NCBI GenBank assembly: GCA_903918195.1
Contig: CAIXDS010000071.1
Location: 1 to 24,000 of the forward strand
From: an uncultured Acetobacteraceae bacterium
Lineage (GTDB): Bacteria; Pseudomonadota; Alphaproteobacteria; Acetobacterales; Acetobacteraceae
DNA length: 24,000 nt
Direction of reading: 5' to 3'
The notes beneath the pieces are model-generated. The model saw only the letters and a program-made list of their open reading frames with translations, was not told where the DNA came from and did not search any database. This document shows positions 1 through 7,026 of the stretch, one piece after another (position 1 is the first letter of the stretch; the number at the start of each line of letters is the position of its first letter). Position numbers and translations under genes: made by a program.

Positions 1-107
1 GCAGAAAGTGTTGCGCCATGATGACCCCGCCGAGCGAACCAACTCGGCGTCCTTCCTGGCACAGGCAGGGGAATAGTACAACCCATTAATTTCGTTGACA
101 AGATTAG

Positions 108-677
108 GTGGGTGGCGGCTGCTACATAAGGCCGCGATTCTACAATGAAAACGTCTCGGCCAACCACCTCGATGTCGGCGTGGCAACGGGCTACTACCCG
201 GCGCATTGTCGCTTTCCGGCGACGCCGGTCCGCCTCGGCCTGATGGACCTCAATGAGCACTGCCTGCGACATGCCGCACAGCGCACGGCGCGCTACAAGC
301 CGCTGATCCTGCGCCGCAACGTGCTTGAGCCGATCTCCTTCGACGGATCCCGGTTTGATTCTGTGGCGCTGCTCTACCTCCTGCATTGCTTGCCGGGGGC
401 CATGAAGCGCAAGGCAAGCATCTTTGACCACCTGCGGCCGCTCATGAACGACGGCGCGGTGCTGCTCGGTGCGACGATCGTGCAGGGATCGGCACCGCGC
501 AACCGGGCGGCCAGAAGGCTGATGGCGCTCTACAACGCCCGCGGCATCTTTTCGAACACGGAGGACACCGCCGAGGCGTTGGAGGCGTCCCTGGCAGCGC
601 GCTTCGAACTCTGGCACGTCGAGGTCCAAGGGTGCGTTGCGCTTTTCCGTGCCGTGTCCAGGACGGCATGCCGATAA
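108..677 (+). CDS. Class I SAM-dependent methyltransferase, probably a 5'-truncated remnant
   Basis: ORF 108-677 (189 aa). SAM-binding motif I 'HLDVGVATGYY', acidic loop 'LGLMDLN', 'FDSVALLYLLHCLP' and 'LMNDGAVLLGATI' fit the class I Rossmann methyltransferase layout. Only about 20 aa precede motif I. Three in-frame stops (87-89, 96-98, 105-107) lie immediately upstream, so the usual N-terminal segment seems to be missing. The GTG 108 start is nominal. Confidence 0.6.
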   Translation: MGGGCYIRPRFYNENVSANHLDVGVATGYYPAHCRFPATPVRLGLMDLNEHCLRHAAQRTARYKPLILRRNVLEPISFDGSRFDSVALLYLLHCLPGAMKRKASIFDHLRPLMNDGAVLLGATIVQGSAPRNRAARRLMALYNARGIFSNTEDTAEALEASLAARFELWHVEVQGCVALFRAVSRTACR

Positions 678-932
678 CAGGTTGGCTAAGTATTAGATTC
701 GAAAACGATTAAATGCCTGCGGCCAAGCCAACGGAAAGTTCTTCCGCAGCGGCAGGATGCCTTGCTGGCCGCCAAGGGTTTGGTACCGTTCCGGCAGGGC
801 AGAGTTATAGCCAATGGCTATTGCGCTGAGTACCTGCAGCGCGGCAGCCGAAGACTCCCCACGCTATTACGCAACACATAGTAGTCGTTATTTCTCCGTG
901 TCTTCTCGTGTTCGCAAACCTCAACGACTTGC

Positions 933-999
933 CCGAGAAGTGAAAGTTCTCGGACGGAATGAATATTCTCGGACAAAATGGGAATTTCCGGACGGAATG
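933..999. repeat. Inverted repeat plus three 19-bp-phased direct repeats upstream of the integrase gene (candidate recombinase or regulator binding sites)
   Basis: 'ccgagaa' 933-939 is the reverse complement of 'ttctcgg' 947-953. 'ttctcggacggaatg' 947-961, 'ttctcggacaaaatg' 966-980 and 'tttccggacggaatg' 985-999 recur with an exact 19-bp period. The array ends about 80 bp upstream of the preferred integrase start. Confidence 0.5.
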
Positions 1000-1078
1000 C
1001 GAGCGGCCGGCGATGCTACGGCGGTTTGGCACGCCGGCGGCCGGCGCCCGAGCGGGCAGGGCAGCAGGGGGGGGAGAC

Positions 1079-2050
1079 ATGGACGACATCGTGCCCGCCG
1101 CGGCGGGCAGCATCCCGGTGGCGTTGGGGCAGGAAGCGGACACCGCGTGCGACTATGCCGCTGCCAGCCGTGCCGCTTCCACCCGGCTGATCTACGACGC
1201 TGACTGGCAACGGTTTCAAACCTGGTGCGCTGCGCGCGGCGAGCCGCCGCTCCCCGCCGATCCGGTGACGGTGGCGCGGTTCTGCGCCGGCGAGGCCGAA
1301 GCCGGCCGCGCGCCGTCCACCATCACCCGCCGGCTGGCCGCCATCGGTTGGGCGCACAAGCTCGCCGGGCTCAAGCCGCCGCAGCACGCCGACGGCGGCG
1401 GGGCGATCGCCGAAGTCATGGCCGGCATCCGGCGGTCGCGCGCCGCGCCGCCGGCGCAAAAGGCCGCGGCCGATGCCGATGTGCTGCGCGACATGCTGCG
1501 CGCCTGCTCCGGTGAGAAACTGCGCGTCGTGCGGGCGCGCGCGGTGCTTGCCATCGGGTTCGCCGGTGCGTTCCGGCGCTCGGAACTGGTCGCTCTCCGT
1601 GTCGAGGATATCCGCCGGGATGGAGAAGGCATCCGGGTGGTGATCCGGCGATCCAAAGCAGATCAGGAAGGCGAGGGGGCGACGGTGGCCATTCCGCACG
1701 GCGACCGTCTGCGTCCGGTGGCCGCGCTCGATGCCTGGCTGGCGGCCGGCCGGGTGGCGGAGGGCTTCGTGTTCCGCCGGATCGGCCGGGCCGGTCAGGT
1801 GACGGACGGCCCGATGAGCGACCGCGCCGTCGCCCGGCTGGTCCAGGCCGCCGCCAAGGGCGCCGGTTACGACCCGGCGCTGTTCGGCGGGCATTCGCTG
1901 CGGGCTGGCTTCATCACCAGCGCGGCGCGGACGGGCGCCAGCATCTTCAAAATCCAGGAGATCTCGCGCCATCGCAGCCTGCAGGTGCTCGCTGGTTACG
2001 TGCGCGACACCCAAATCTATCGCGATCACGCGGGGAGCGGGTTCCTGTAG
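1079..2050 (+). CDS. Tyrosine recombinase / phage-type integrase (Cre/XerD-like layout)
   Basis: ORF 959-2050. Catalytic signature: 'GAFRRSELVAL' (Arg I), 'GGHSLRAGFITSAA' (His-x-x-Arg), 'SRHRS' and 'LAGYVRD' (Tyr nucleophile). The N-terminal core-binding region is 'TRLIYDADWQRFQTWCAARG...TITRRLAAIGWAHK'. Start placed at ATG 1079 after a G-rich tract; ATG 959 or 1013 remain possible. Confidence 0.9.
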   Translation: MDDIVPAAAGSIPVALGQEADTACDYAAASRAASTRLIYDADWQRFQTWCAARGEPPLPADPVTVARFCAGEAEAGRAPSTITRRLAAIGWAHKLAGLKPPQHADGGGAIAEVMAGIRRSRAAPPAQKAAADADVLRDMLRACSGEKLRVVRARAVLAIGFAGAFRRSELVALRVEDIRRDGEGIRVVIRRSKADQEGEGATVAIPHGDRLRPVAALDAWLAAGRVAEGFVFRRIGRAGQVTDGPMSDRAVARLVQAAAKGAGYDPALFGGHSLRAGFITSAARTGASIFKIQEISRHRSLQVLAGYVRDTQIYRDHAGSGFL

Positions 2051-2159
2051 TCGCTCGGAGCCATCGGCGGTCGTGCTCGCTTTCATTACCGAATTCTGCT
2101 CAGATTGGATGATCGCAGGCTGGTGCTCGTGTTTACATTAACTGCTTCCATGCTTACGA

Positions 2160-3107
2160 TCACTGCTTGGTGCTCGATATTATGGCCGGAACTTGTGCCG
2201 CGTTTTGTAGACGGGACAGTTCCGCCTGCGTTTCTGCCAGGGCATTTGCCTCTGAGCGCGCCACTTCCTCGGCGTTCACGAGGACGAGTTGCTTGCGCAG
2301 CGGAGGAACACAGCCATCATCCAAGTCGAGACCTAGCCGGGTCTTCACGTAATAGCCGAAGCACGTCCGTACGTTCATCTCCATCAAACCGTTGCTCATG
2401 CGGTGCTCAGCTTCCAATGCGCGCTTGGCCGATTCTTCCAAGGCTGGATTGGCTGCCAGGCGGAGGGTCATAATCGTGTGCCAGCCACGGTCAGCGTTGG
2501 AGTCAACGTCGCAGTCGCGTTCCCCTGTGACGCCGGTTATTCGTGACACGACGAAGTCCCGAAAATCATGGTGGGTCGCGCAGTAGGCCCTGACGTGCCA
2601 GCGGTCGCCATCGTCGGCGAATGCATGTGGGGCTATCCATCGGACTGTCGGTTGGGGGTGGGAGAATGACTGATAGGTAACCTCGATAAGCCTCCGTTCG
2701 CGCACGGCCGCGAGCAAGCCCTGCAGAACGACGTCGTCCAGCTTCCTATCCGTACGTGGCACCGCCCGCTCAGCGGTCACGCCAGCGGCCCAAGGCGGCC
2801 TATCGGCACCTTGCTGTCGTTTCTCGGTTCTTTCGAGATCGGCCAGCACATCCATTGCGGACGGCAGGTGAAGGACAGGCCGGAAGCCCGTCCCACGGAG
2901 ATAGGTTTTCCGGCTTCGGTCATAGACTGCGTTGTCCGGCGCAAGCTCGACGTAGCGCGCCAGGTCCACCGAGGCCTGCGGGATCGATATCCCGAAGTGC
3001 CTCACTAGGTCCGACCGGTTCACCCGGCCGGCCCAGAACAGGCACGCGTCTAGGAAAGAAAGCCTCCTTCCCACCCCCCAACGCAGACCGACTCCATCAT
3101 CCGACAT
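2160..3107 (-). CDS. WYL-domain transcriptional regulator, CapW/BrxR-like (wHTH-WYL-C-terminal extension)
   Basis: ORF 2160-3179 trimmed to ATG 3107, which has AGGGGAG (complement of 3114-3120) 6 nt upstream. wHTH: 'RLSFLDACLFWAGRVNRSDLVRHFGISIPQASVDLARY'. WYL domain: 'IEVTYQSFSHPQPTVRWIAPHAFADDGDRWHVRAYCATHHDFRDFVVSRI'. Divergent from the Ubl operon. Confidence 0.85.
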   Translation of the reverse strand: MSDDGVGLRWGVGRRLSFLDACLFWAGRVNRSDLVRHFGISIPQASVDLARYVELAPDNAVYDRSRKTYLRGTGFRPVLHLPSAMDVLADLERTEKRQQGADRPPWAAGVTAERAVPRTDRKLDDVVLQGLLAAVRERRLIEVTYQSFSHPQPTVRWIAPHAFADDGDRWHVRAYCATHHDFRDFVVSRITGVTGERDCDVDSNADRGWHTIMTLRLAANPALEESAKRALEAEHRMSNGLMEMNVRTCFGYYVKTRLGLDLDDGCVPPLRKQLVLVNAEEVARSEANALAETQAELSRLQNAAQVPAIISSTKQ

Positions 3108-3140
3108 GTGCAACTCCCCTGCCCGCGAATCTTGCGTCGG

Positions 3141-3178
3141 TGAGTATTGAAAGTCTATGAATCTAGAAACTAGACTCA
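3141..3178. promoter_or_regulatory. AT-rich nested palindromes overlapping a sigma70-like promoter in the divergent WYL/Ubl intergenic region (candidate WYL operator)
   Basis: TCTAG (3162-3166)-aaa-CTAGA (3170-3174); AGTCTA 3152-3157 pairs with TAGACT 3171-3176; TGAGT 3141-3145 pairs with ACTCA 3174-3178. A possible -35 TTGAAA (3147-3152) and -10 TAGACT (3171-3176) have an 18-nt spacer and point toward 3269. This is the only AT-rich patch in the 161-bp intergenic region. Confidence 0.45.
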
Positions 3179-3268
3179 TCGGTCAGATGGGTGCATACTC
3201 CCCCGTGTCGCGAGTCGTGGTGCCCTTGGTGGGCTGCGGCGGTGCGGACATTGGAACGGAGAGCGCAG

Positions 3269-4357
3269 ATGGACTTCGCAGATGGACACCATGATGACGC
3301 GATAAGCAGGATCGTCATCGACGGGCAGGAGCATACGGTGCATCGGCACCGGATGTTGGTGGCTGAGATATTGGCTCTGGTCGGTCGGTCCCCGGAGGAA
3401 TGGGAACTGGATGCAGAGCTTGCTGGTGGAGACCACGTTACTCTCGGCGGCGATGACGAGGTGAAGTTGCGTGAGGGCGGTATCGTCCGGTTCCACACGC
3501 GCCGCCGGCACCATCATCATCATGGGGATCATTGCGAACTCACCGTCGTCGTGAACAGTGAGCCGATCGTTTTGGATGTGCGCCGTTCGACGCTCCTTTC
3601 TGCCGTGGTCACCGAGGTTCTGGAAAAGGCGAAGCCGACGGGCAGGCCCGACGACCAATGGGAGATGAAGACCGAGGCCGGACAAGTGCTTGATCAGGCG
3701 CTGTCGCTTGAAGCCGCCCATGTGGAGTGCGGGGCAACGCTCTACCTTTCCCTGAAGGCTGGTGCCGCCGGCGAGGCGATGACCGAGCTTCTGGTTGATC
3801 CAGAGGTATCACGGGCGAAATTCTACGAAGAGGTGCGGGATTACCAGCGGGTGCAGGACGCTATGATCCGCCGTGGCCAATGGCTGATCACCGCCGAATA
3901 TCCAGAGGTTTTCGTCGTGTTTGGTGCCCCAAACAGCAATTATCCCACCTGGGCTTTCGGCGCGGTCCTGGACTTCACAAACTACGACCTGTGGCCCGCG
4001 TCAGTGAATCTGGTGAACCCCTTCACGAAGGTGCCCTATCGGGCGGCCGAGATGCCGGCGCCAGCCTGGCTTCAGCGCGTGAACATGAGCACCAACATTC
4101 CTGGCGAGACGCCTACCAACGTCATGTCCGTGGACAGGCTAATGCAGGCTCAGCGGCCGGAAGAAGTTCCCTTCCTGTGTCTGCCTGGCGTGCGGGAGTA
4201 TCACGCGCATCCTGCCCACACCGGAGATAGTTGGTTGCTTCGCCGGACATCTGGGGAAGGCAAGCTGTACAGGCTGCTGGATGTCTTATTTCAATATGGT
4301 TCTGCGCCGATTTGTGGTCTGCATGTGCAGCCCGCCATGAACATCGTCCCGCGGTGA
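3269..4357 (+). CDS. Tandem ubiquitin-like (two beta-grasp repeats) fused in frame to an E2/UBC-like domain (BilA-BilB-like fusion)
   Basis: ORF 3191-4357; start set at ATG 3269 (GGAGAG 5 nt upstream). Repeat 1 is 'ISRIVIDGQEHTV...VKLREGGIVRFHT'; then a His-rich linker; repeat 2 is 'ELTVVVNSEPIVLDV...WEMKTEAGQVLDQ...GATLYLSLKAGAAG', ending in Gly168. The E2-like part is 'YPEVFVVFGAPNSNYPTWAFGAVLDFTNYDLWPASVNLVNPFT' with a candidate catalytic Cys304 in 'EEVPFLCLPGV' (codon 4178-4180). 362 aa. Confidence 0.8.
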   Translation: MDFADGHHDDAISRIVIDGQEHTVHRHRMLVAEILALVGRSPEEWELDAELAGGDHVTLGGDDEVKLREGGIVRFHTRRRHHHHHGDHCELTVVVNSEPIVLDVRRSTLLSAVVTEVLEKAKPTGRPDDQWEMKTEAGQVLDQALSLEAAHVECGATLYLSLKAGAAGEAMTELLVDPEVSRAKFYEEVRDYQRVQDAMIRRGQWLITAEYPEVFVVFGAPNSNYPTWAFGAVLDFTNYDLWPASVNLVNPFTKVPYRAAEMPAPAWLQRVNMSTNIPGETPTNVMSVDRLMQAQRPEEVPFLCLPGVREYHAHPAHTGDSWLLRRTSGEGKLYRLLDVLFQYGSAPICGLHVQPAMNIVPR

Positions 4358-4908
4358 CACTTCTGCACCGGTTGTTCGGCGGGAAAGACCCTTTGGGCGA
4401 TGTGCCACGGACCGGGCTCGAATCCGTGGACCGAGTCTTACTGCCCCAATCCTGCGCCGATGCAACGCAGGATCACCTGCGCGCGGCCGGCCGAATGGGT
4501 AACGAGGGATTGGCTGTCTGGTCAGGGGTCCAGGAAGGATCGACGTTCCGCGTGCTGACTGTAACCGCACCACGCCAGCGGGCAGTGAAGAGCGGACAAG
4601 GCGTGTGCGTGGTGCTGGACGGAGACGCTCTACACGGCCTCAACGTCTCGCTGCACAAGGCCGGCGAAAGGCTGTTCGCGCAAGTCCATTCCCATCCCGG
4701 CCGTGCTTATCATTCACCGATGGATGACCAATACGCCGTGGTCACGGCCGCGGGTGGGCTATCGATCGTAGTTCCCGACTTTGCCGTTCGGCCGTTTTCT
4801 GTCGGGGATTGTGCGATCTACCGCCTGACCCGCTCCGGCAAATGGACCGTGATGCCGAAACGGCGGGCGGAGGCGCTTATCTACGTCGTCAAGGACCAGA
4901 CTCCATGA
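4354..4908 (+). CDS. JAB/MPN (JAMM) metallopeptidase, BilC-like deconjugating/processing enzyme
   Basis: ORF 4231-4908; start at GTG 4354 overlapping the upstream TGA (GTGA 4354-4357). The JAMM motif H-x-H-x7-S-x2-D is 'HSHPGRAYHSPMD' at 4687-4725, with an upstream Glu in 'GNEGLAVWSG'. 184 aa. Confidence 0.85.
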   Translation: MTLLHRLFGGKDPLGDVPRTGLESVDRVLLPQSCADATQDHLRAAGRMGNEGLAVWSGVQEGSTFRVLTVTAPRQRAVKSGQGVCVVLDGDALHGLNVSLHKAGERLFAQVHSHPGRAYHSPMDDQYAVVTAAGGLSIVVPDFAVRPFSVGDCAIYRLTRSGKWTVMPKRRAEALIYVVKDQTP

Positions 4909-6434
4909 ACGTCGCCAGCTTCTTCGACCGGAGCGCGACTGCGGTTGCGCAGGTGCTGGGCGAATGCGATTCTGACCGGCTGAGGCTGAAGCTGTCGGGA
5001 TTGGCCGTGGCGCTCGCCTTTGACAGCAAGGCGGTGCGGGCTTCTGAGGGCGTGGCGACGCTGGAATTGGCGACCGACCTACTGGCGCGTTTCTACCCTG
5101 GACTTGGCCTTATCCCATTGGATGACGATCCAGCGACAGTCGCAATGGTAAGCAAATTGGGCGAAGCGGCGGGTGCAATACATCCGGGAATCGAATTGAA
5201 ACCCGAGATGTGTACGGTGTGTTGCTGCCTGATCGTCGGCAGCCGCGTTCCGGCTCTAGGCGTTCCCACCATATTCATCGGTTCGCACGGCTGGAACGCG
5301 ATACTGGACCCAAGCCAGCCAGTCGGAAGCCTGGACACGCTCAACCCGTTCGGCGCCGCGGCCGCGGCATGCGTCGGCGTCGCCAACGCTTTTCGCTTTG
5401 CCTTTGCGGATCTGCTGCCAGACACCCGACCGGATCGAGCCCTCGAATTCGATGTTCTCCATCATCGGCTTGGGCGCTGCTCGGTCGGCCCGGCATTGCC
5501 GGACCGAGTCGATATCGACGGCACCCACCTTGTCGGCCTGGGTGCCATTGGCCGCGCGGCGGCATGGTCGCTTTCCCATGCTCCGGCGCTGCGCGGCCGT
5601 CTCGACGGGGTTGATCACGAGGCGATCGAGGATTCTAATCTACAACGATATGTGGGGGCGACGCAGGCCGATGCTGCCGCTGGCGTGTTGAAGTGCCAAT
5701 CCGTGATGGCGATGTTTCGCGGCTCCGGCGTGCAGGTCGTGGAGCACCCGCTCACATGGGGCCAGTATCTGCGGTCCCGGGCTGATTGCCGTCTTGATCG
5801 GGTGGCCGTCGCGCTGGACACGCCGGACGACCGGATCTCCCTTCAAGCGGCGCTACCCCGCCGGATTCTGAACGCTTGGACGCAGCCGGGTGATCTGGGT
5901 GTCTCCCGTCATGGTTTCACCTCCGGCCCGTGCCTCGCCTGTCTTTACCTGCCAGAGCGTGAGGTGCCGAGCCTCTCCCACCTTGTGGCGGATGCTATTC
6001 GCTTGCCCGAGTTGGAAGTTCGCGGCCTGCTGCATGCCGGCTTTCGAGTAGACGCCGCGTTCTTGGGGCGGGTCGCGCTCGCAGCAGAGGTGCCGCTGGA
6101 AGCTTTGCTACCCTTTGATGGCCTGCCTCTACGCTCGTTCTACACGAAGGCGGTATGCGGCACGACCTGGTTCGGTACCGGCGCCGGCGGCGACCGGGGT
6201 GCAATGGCGGTGCCGATGGCATTCCAGTCCGCGCTCGCCGGTGTTCTGCTCGCCGTCGAAATCGTCGCCGACGCCGTGATGTTGCGCACAACGGCGATGG
6301 CACCGCTCACAAAAATCAATTTACTCAAGCCGCTCGGAAGCCGTTTGGTGGAACCGGCCGCAAAACATAAGTCTGGCCAGTGCATCTGCCAGGACGACAC
6401 ATATCGTGCGGCCTATCAGCGGAAGTATGCCTAA
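4905..6434 (+). CDS. E1-like ThiF/MoeB-family adenylating enzyme with an inactive N-terminal lobe and an active C-terminal lobe (BilD-like)
   Basis: ORF 4809-6434; ATG 4905 overlaps the JAB stop (ATGA 4905-4908). The Rossmann motif 'LVGLGAIGRAAAW' (GLGAIG 5535-5552), 'DHEAIEDSNLQRY' and 'ALDTPDDR' lie in the C-terminal half. Cys pairs 'CLACLY' and 'GQCICQ' look like a zinc site. A helical insertion 'LSHLVADAIRLPELEVRGLLH...FYTKAVCGTTWF' carries a candidate catalytic Cys. The N-terminal ~220 aa lack a nucleotide motif. 509 aa. Confidence 0.85.
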   Translation: MNVASFFDRSATAVAQVLGECDSDRLRLKLSGLAVALAFDSKAVRASEGVATLELATDLLARFYPGLGLIPLDDDPATVAMVSKLGEAAGAIHPGIELKPEMCTVCCCLIVGSRVPALGVPTIFIGSHGWNAILDPSQPVGSLDTLNPFGAAAAACVGVANAFRFAFADLLPDTRPDRALEFDVLHHRLGRCSVGPALPDRVDIDGTHLVGLGAIGRAAAWSLSHAPALRGRLDGVDHEAIEDSNLQRYVGATQADAAAGVLKCQSVMAMFRGSGVQVVEHPLTWGQYLRSRADCRLDRVAVALDTPDDRISLQAALPRRILNAWTQPGDLGVSRHGFTSGPCLACLYLPEREVPSLSHLVADAIRLPELEVRGLLHAGFRVDAAFLGRVALAAEVPLEALLPFDGLPLRSFYTKAVCGTTWFGTGAGGDRGAMAVPMAFQSALAGVLLAVEIVADAVMLRTTAMAPLTKINLLKPLGSRLVEPAAKHKSGQCICQDDTYRAAYQRKYA

Positions 6435-6489
6435 TCTGAATTCCAGTTGCGTGTCGCTTTACGCGCCTTAGGGTAGGAGAAAACCAAGG

Positions 6490-7026
6490 TTGGCCAACCC
6501 GCTGCTCTCAGAGGAGGAAGCCGAAAGGTATTTTCAGCGGCATGAAATGCTATTGGAGTTTTCCCGACTTTTTGACTATGGCGAGGCGAGCGACCGCGCC
6601 GTTGCAATAGTCGGCCCGGCATTTCTTGATACGCTGTTGAGCGAAGCCCTTGTCGAATTCATGATTGAAAATAGGACTGAGGTAAACAAACTGCTCCAAC
6701 CGGATGGGCCACTTGGTACATATGGAAGCCGAGTGACTGCCTGTTATTGCCTTGGACTGACCGGAAAAATTGTCACCAGTGACCTGAGACTTGTTGGCAA
6801 GATCAGGAACCGCTTTGCACACGACATCCGCGCGGACTTTTCCGATTCGAAGATCAGCCAGTGGTGCCGGGCACTCCGCTGGCACAAAGAATTCTTCGCA
6901 GTGCCACCGCCCGATGCAACCGACAGGGACTTGTTCCAAGTTGGAGTCAACCAGCTCGTCTCGCATTTGACCGCCATTCCCGGTGTGGCGCGCCTCAGCA
7001 AGCGCTCTGAGGTCCTCCACACATAG
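6490..7026 (+). CDS. HEPN-superfamily protein, MtlR-like (candidate RNase effector)
   Basis: ORF 6490-7026 (TTG start; AGGAGA about 9 nt upstream; start uncertain). 'GPLGTYGSRVTACYCLGLTGKIVTSDLRLVGKIRNRFAHD' carries the HEPN R-x4-H motif 'RNRFAH' (6805-6822) in the MtlR-type context. Sampled 60-nt blocks are about 47-53% GC, against about 70% in the adjacent E1 gene. 55-bp gap after E1 with no terminator seen. Confidence 0.7.
   Translation: MANPLLSEEEAERYFQRHEMLLEFSRLFDYGEASDRAVAIVGPAFLDTLLSEALVEFMIENRTEVNKLLQPDGPLGTYGSRVTACYCLGLTGKIVTSDLRLVGKIRNRFAHDIRADFSDSKISQWCRALRWHKEFFAVPPPDATDRDLFQVGVNQLVSHLTAIPGVARLSKRSEVLHT

Noticed and set aside
1016-2086. 356-aa minus-strand ORF antisense to the integrase, plus the smaller overlapping ORFs at 805-1656.
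   Set aside because: This is the shadow-ORF pattern typical of high-GC DNA. The product is Arg/Pro/Gly/Ala-rich with no motifs, while the plus frame carries a complete tyrosine-recombinase signature.
3191-3268. Longer N-terminus 'MHTPPCRESWCPWWAAAVRTLERRAQ' for the Ubl-E2 gene.
   Set aside because: It has no RBS, an odd Cys/Trp-rich composition, and would leave too little room for a promoter next to the divergent gene. ATG 3269 has GGAGAG at ideal spacing.
3269-6434. Reading the E1/E2/JAB genes as CBASS Cap2/Cap3 accessories, or as a MoaD/ThiS-type sulfur-carrier pathway.
   Set aside because: E1 and E2 are separate proteins rather than a Cap2 fusion, and a dedicated tandem Ubl is present. 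There is no CD-NTase or effector of CBASS type, and no MoaE/ThiG/cysteine desulfurase partners occur in the window.
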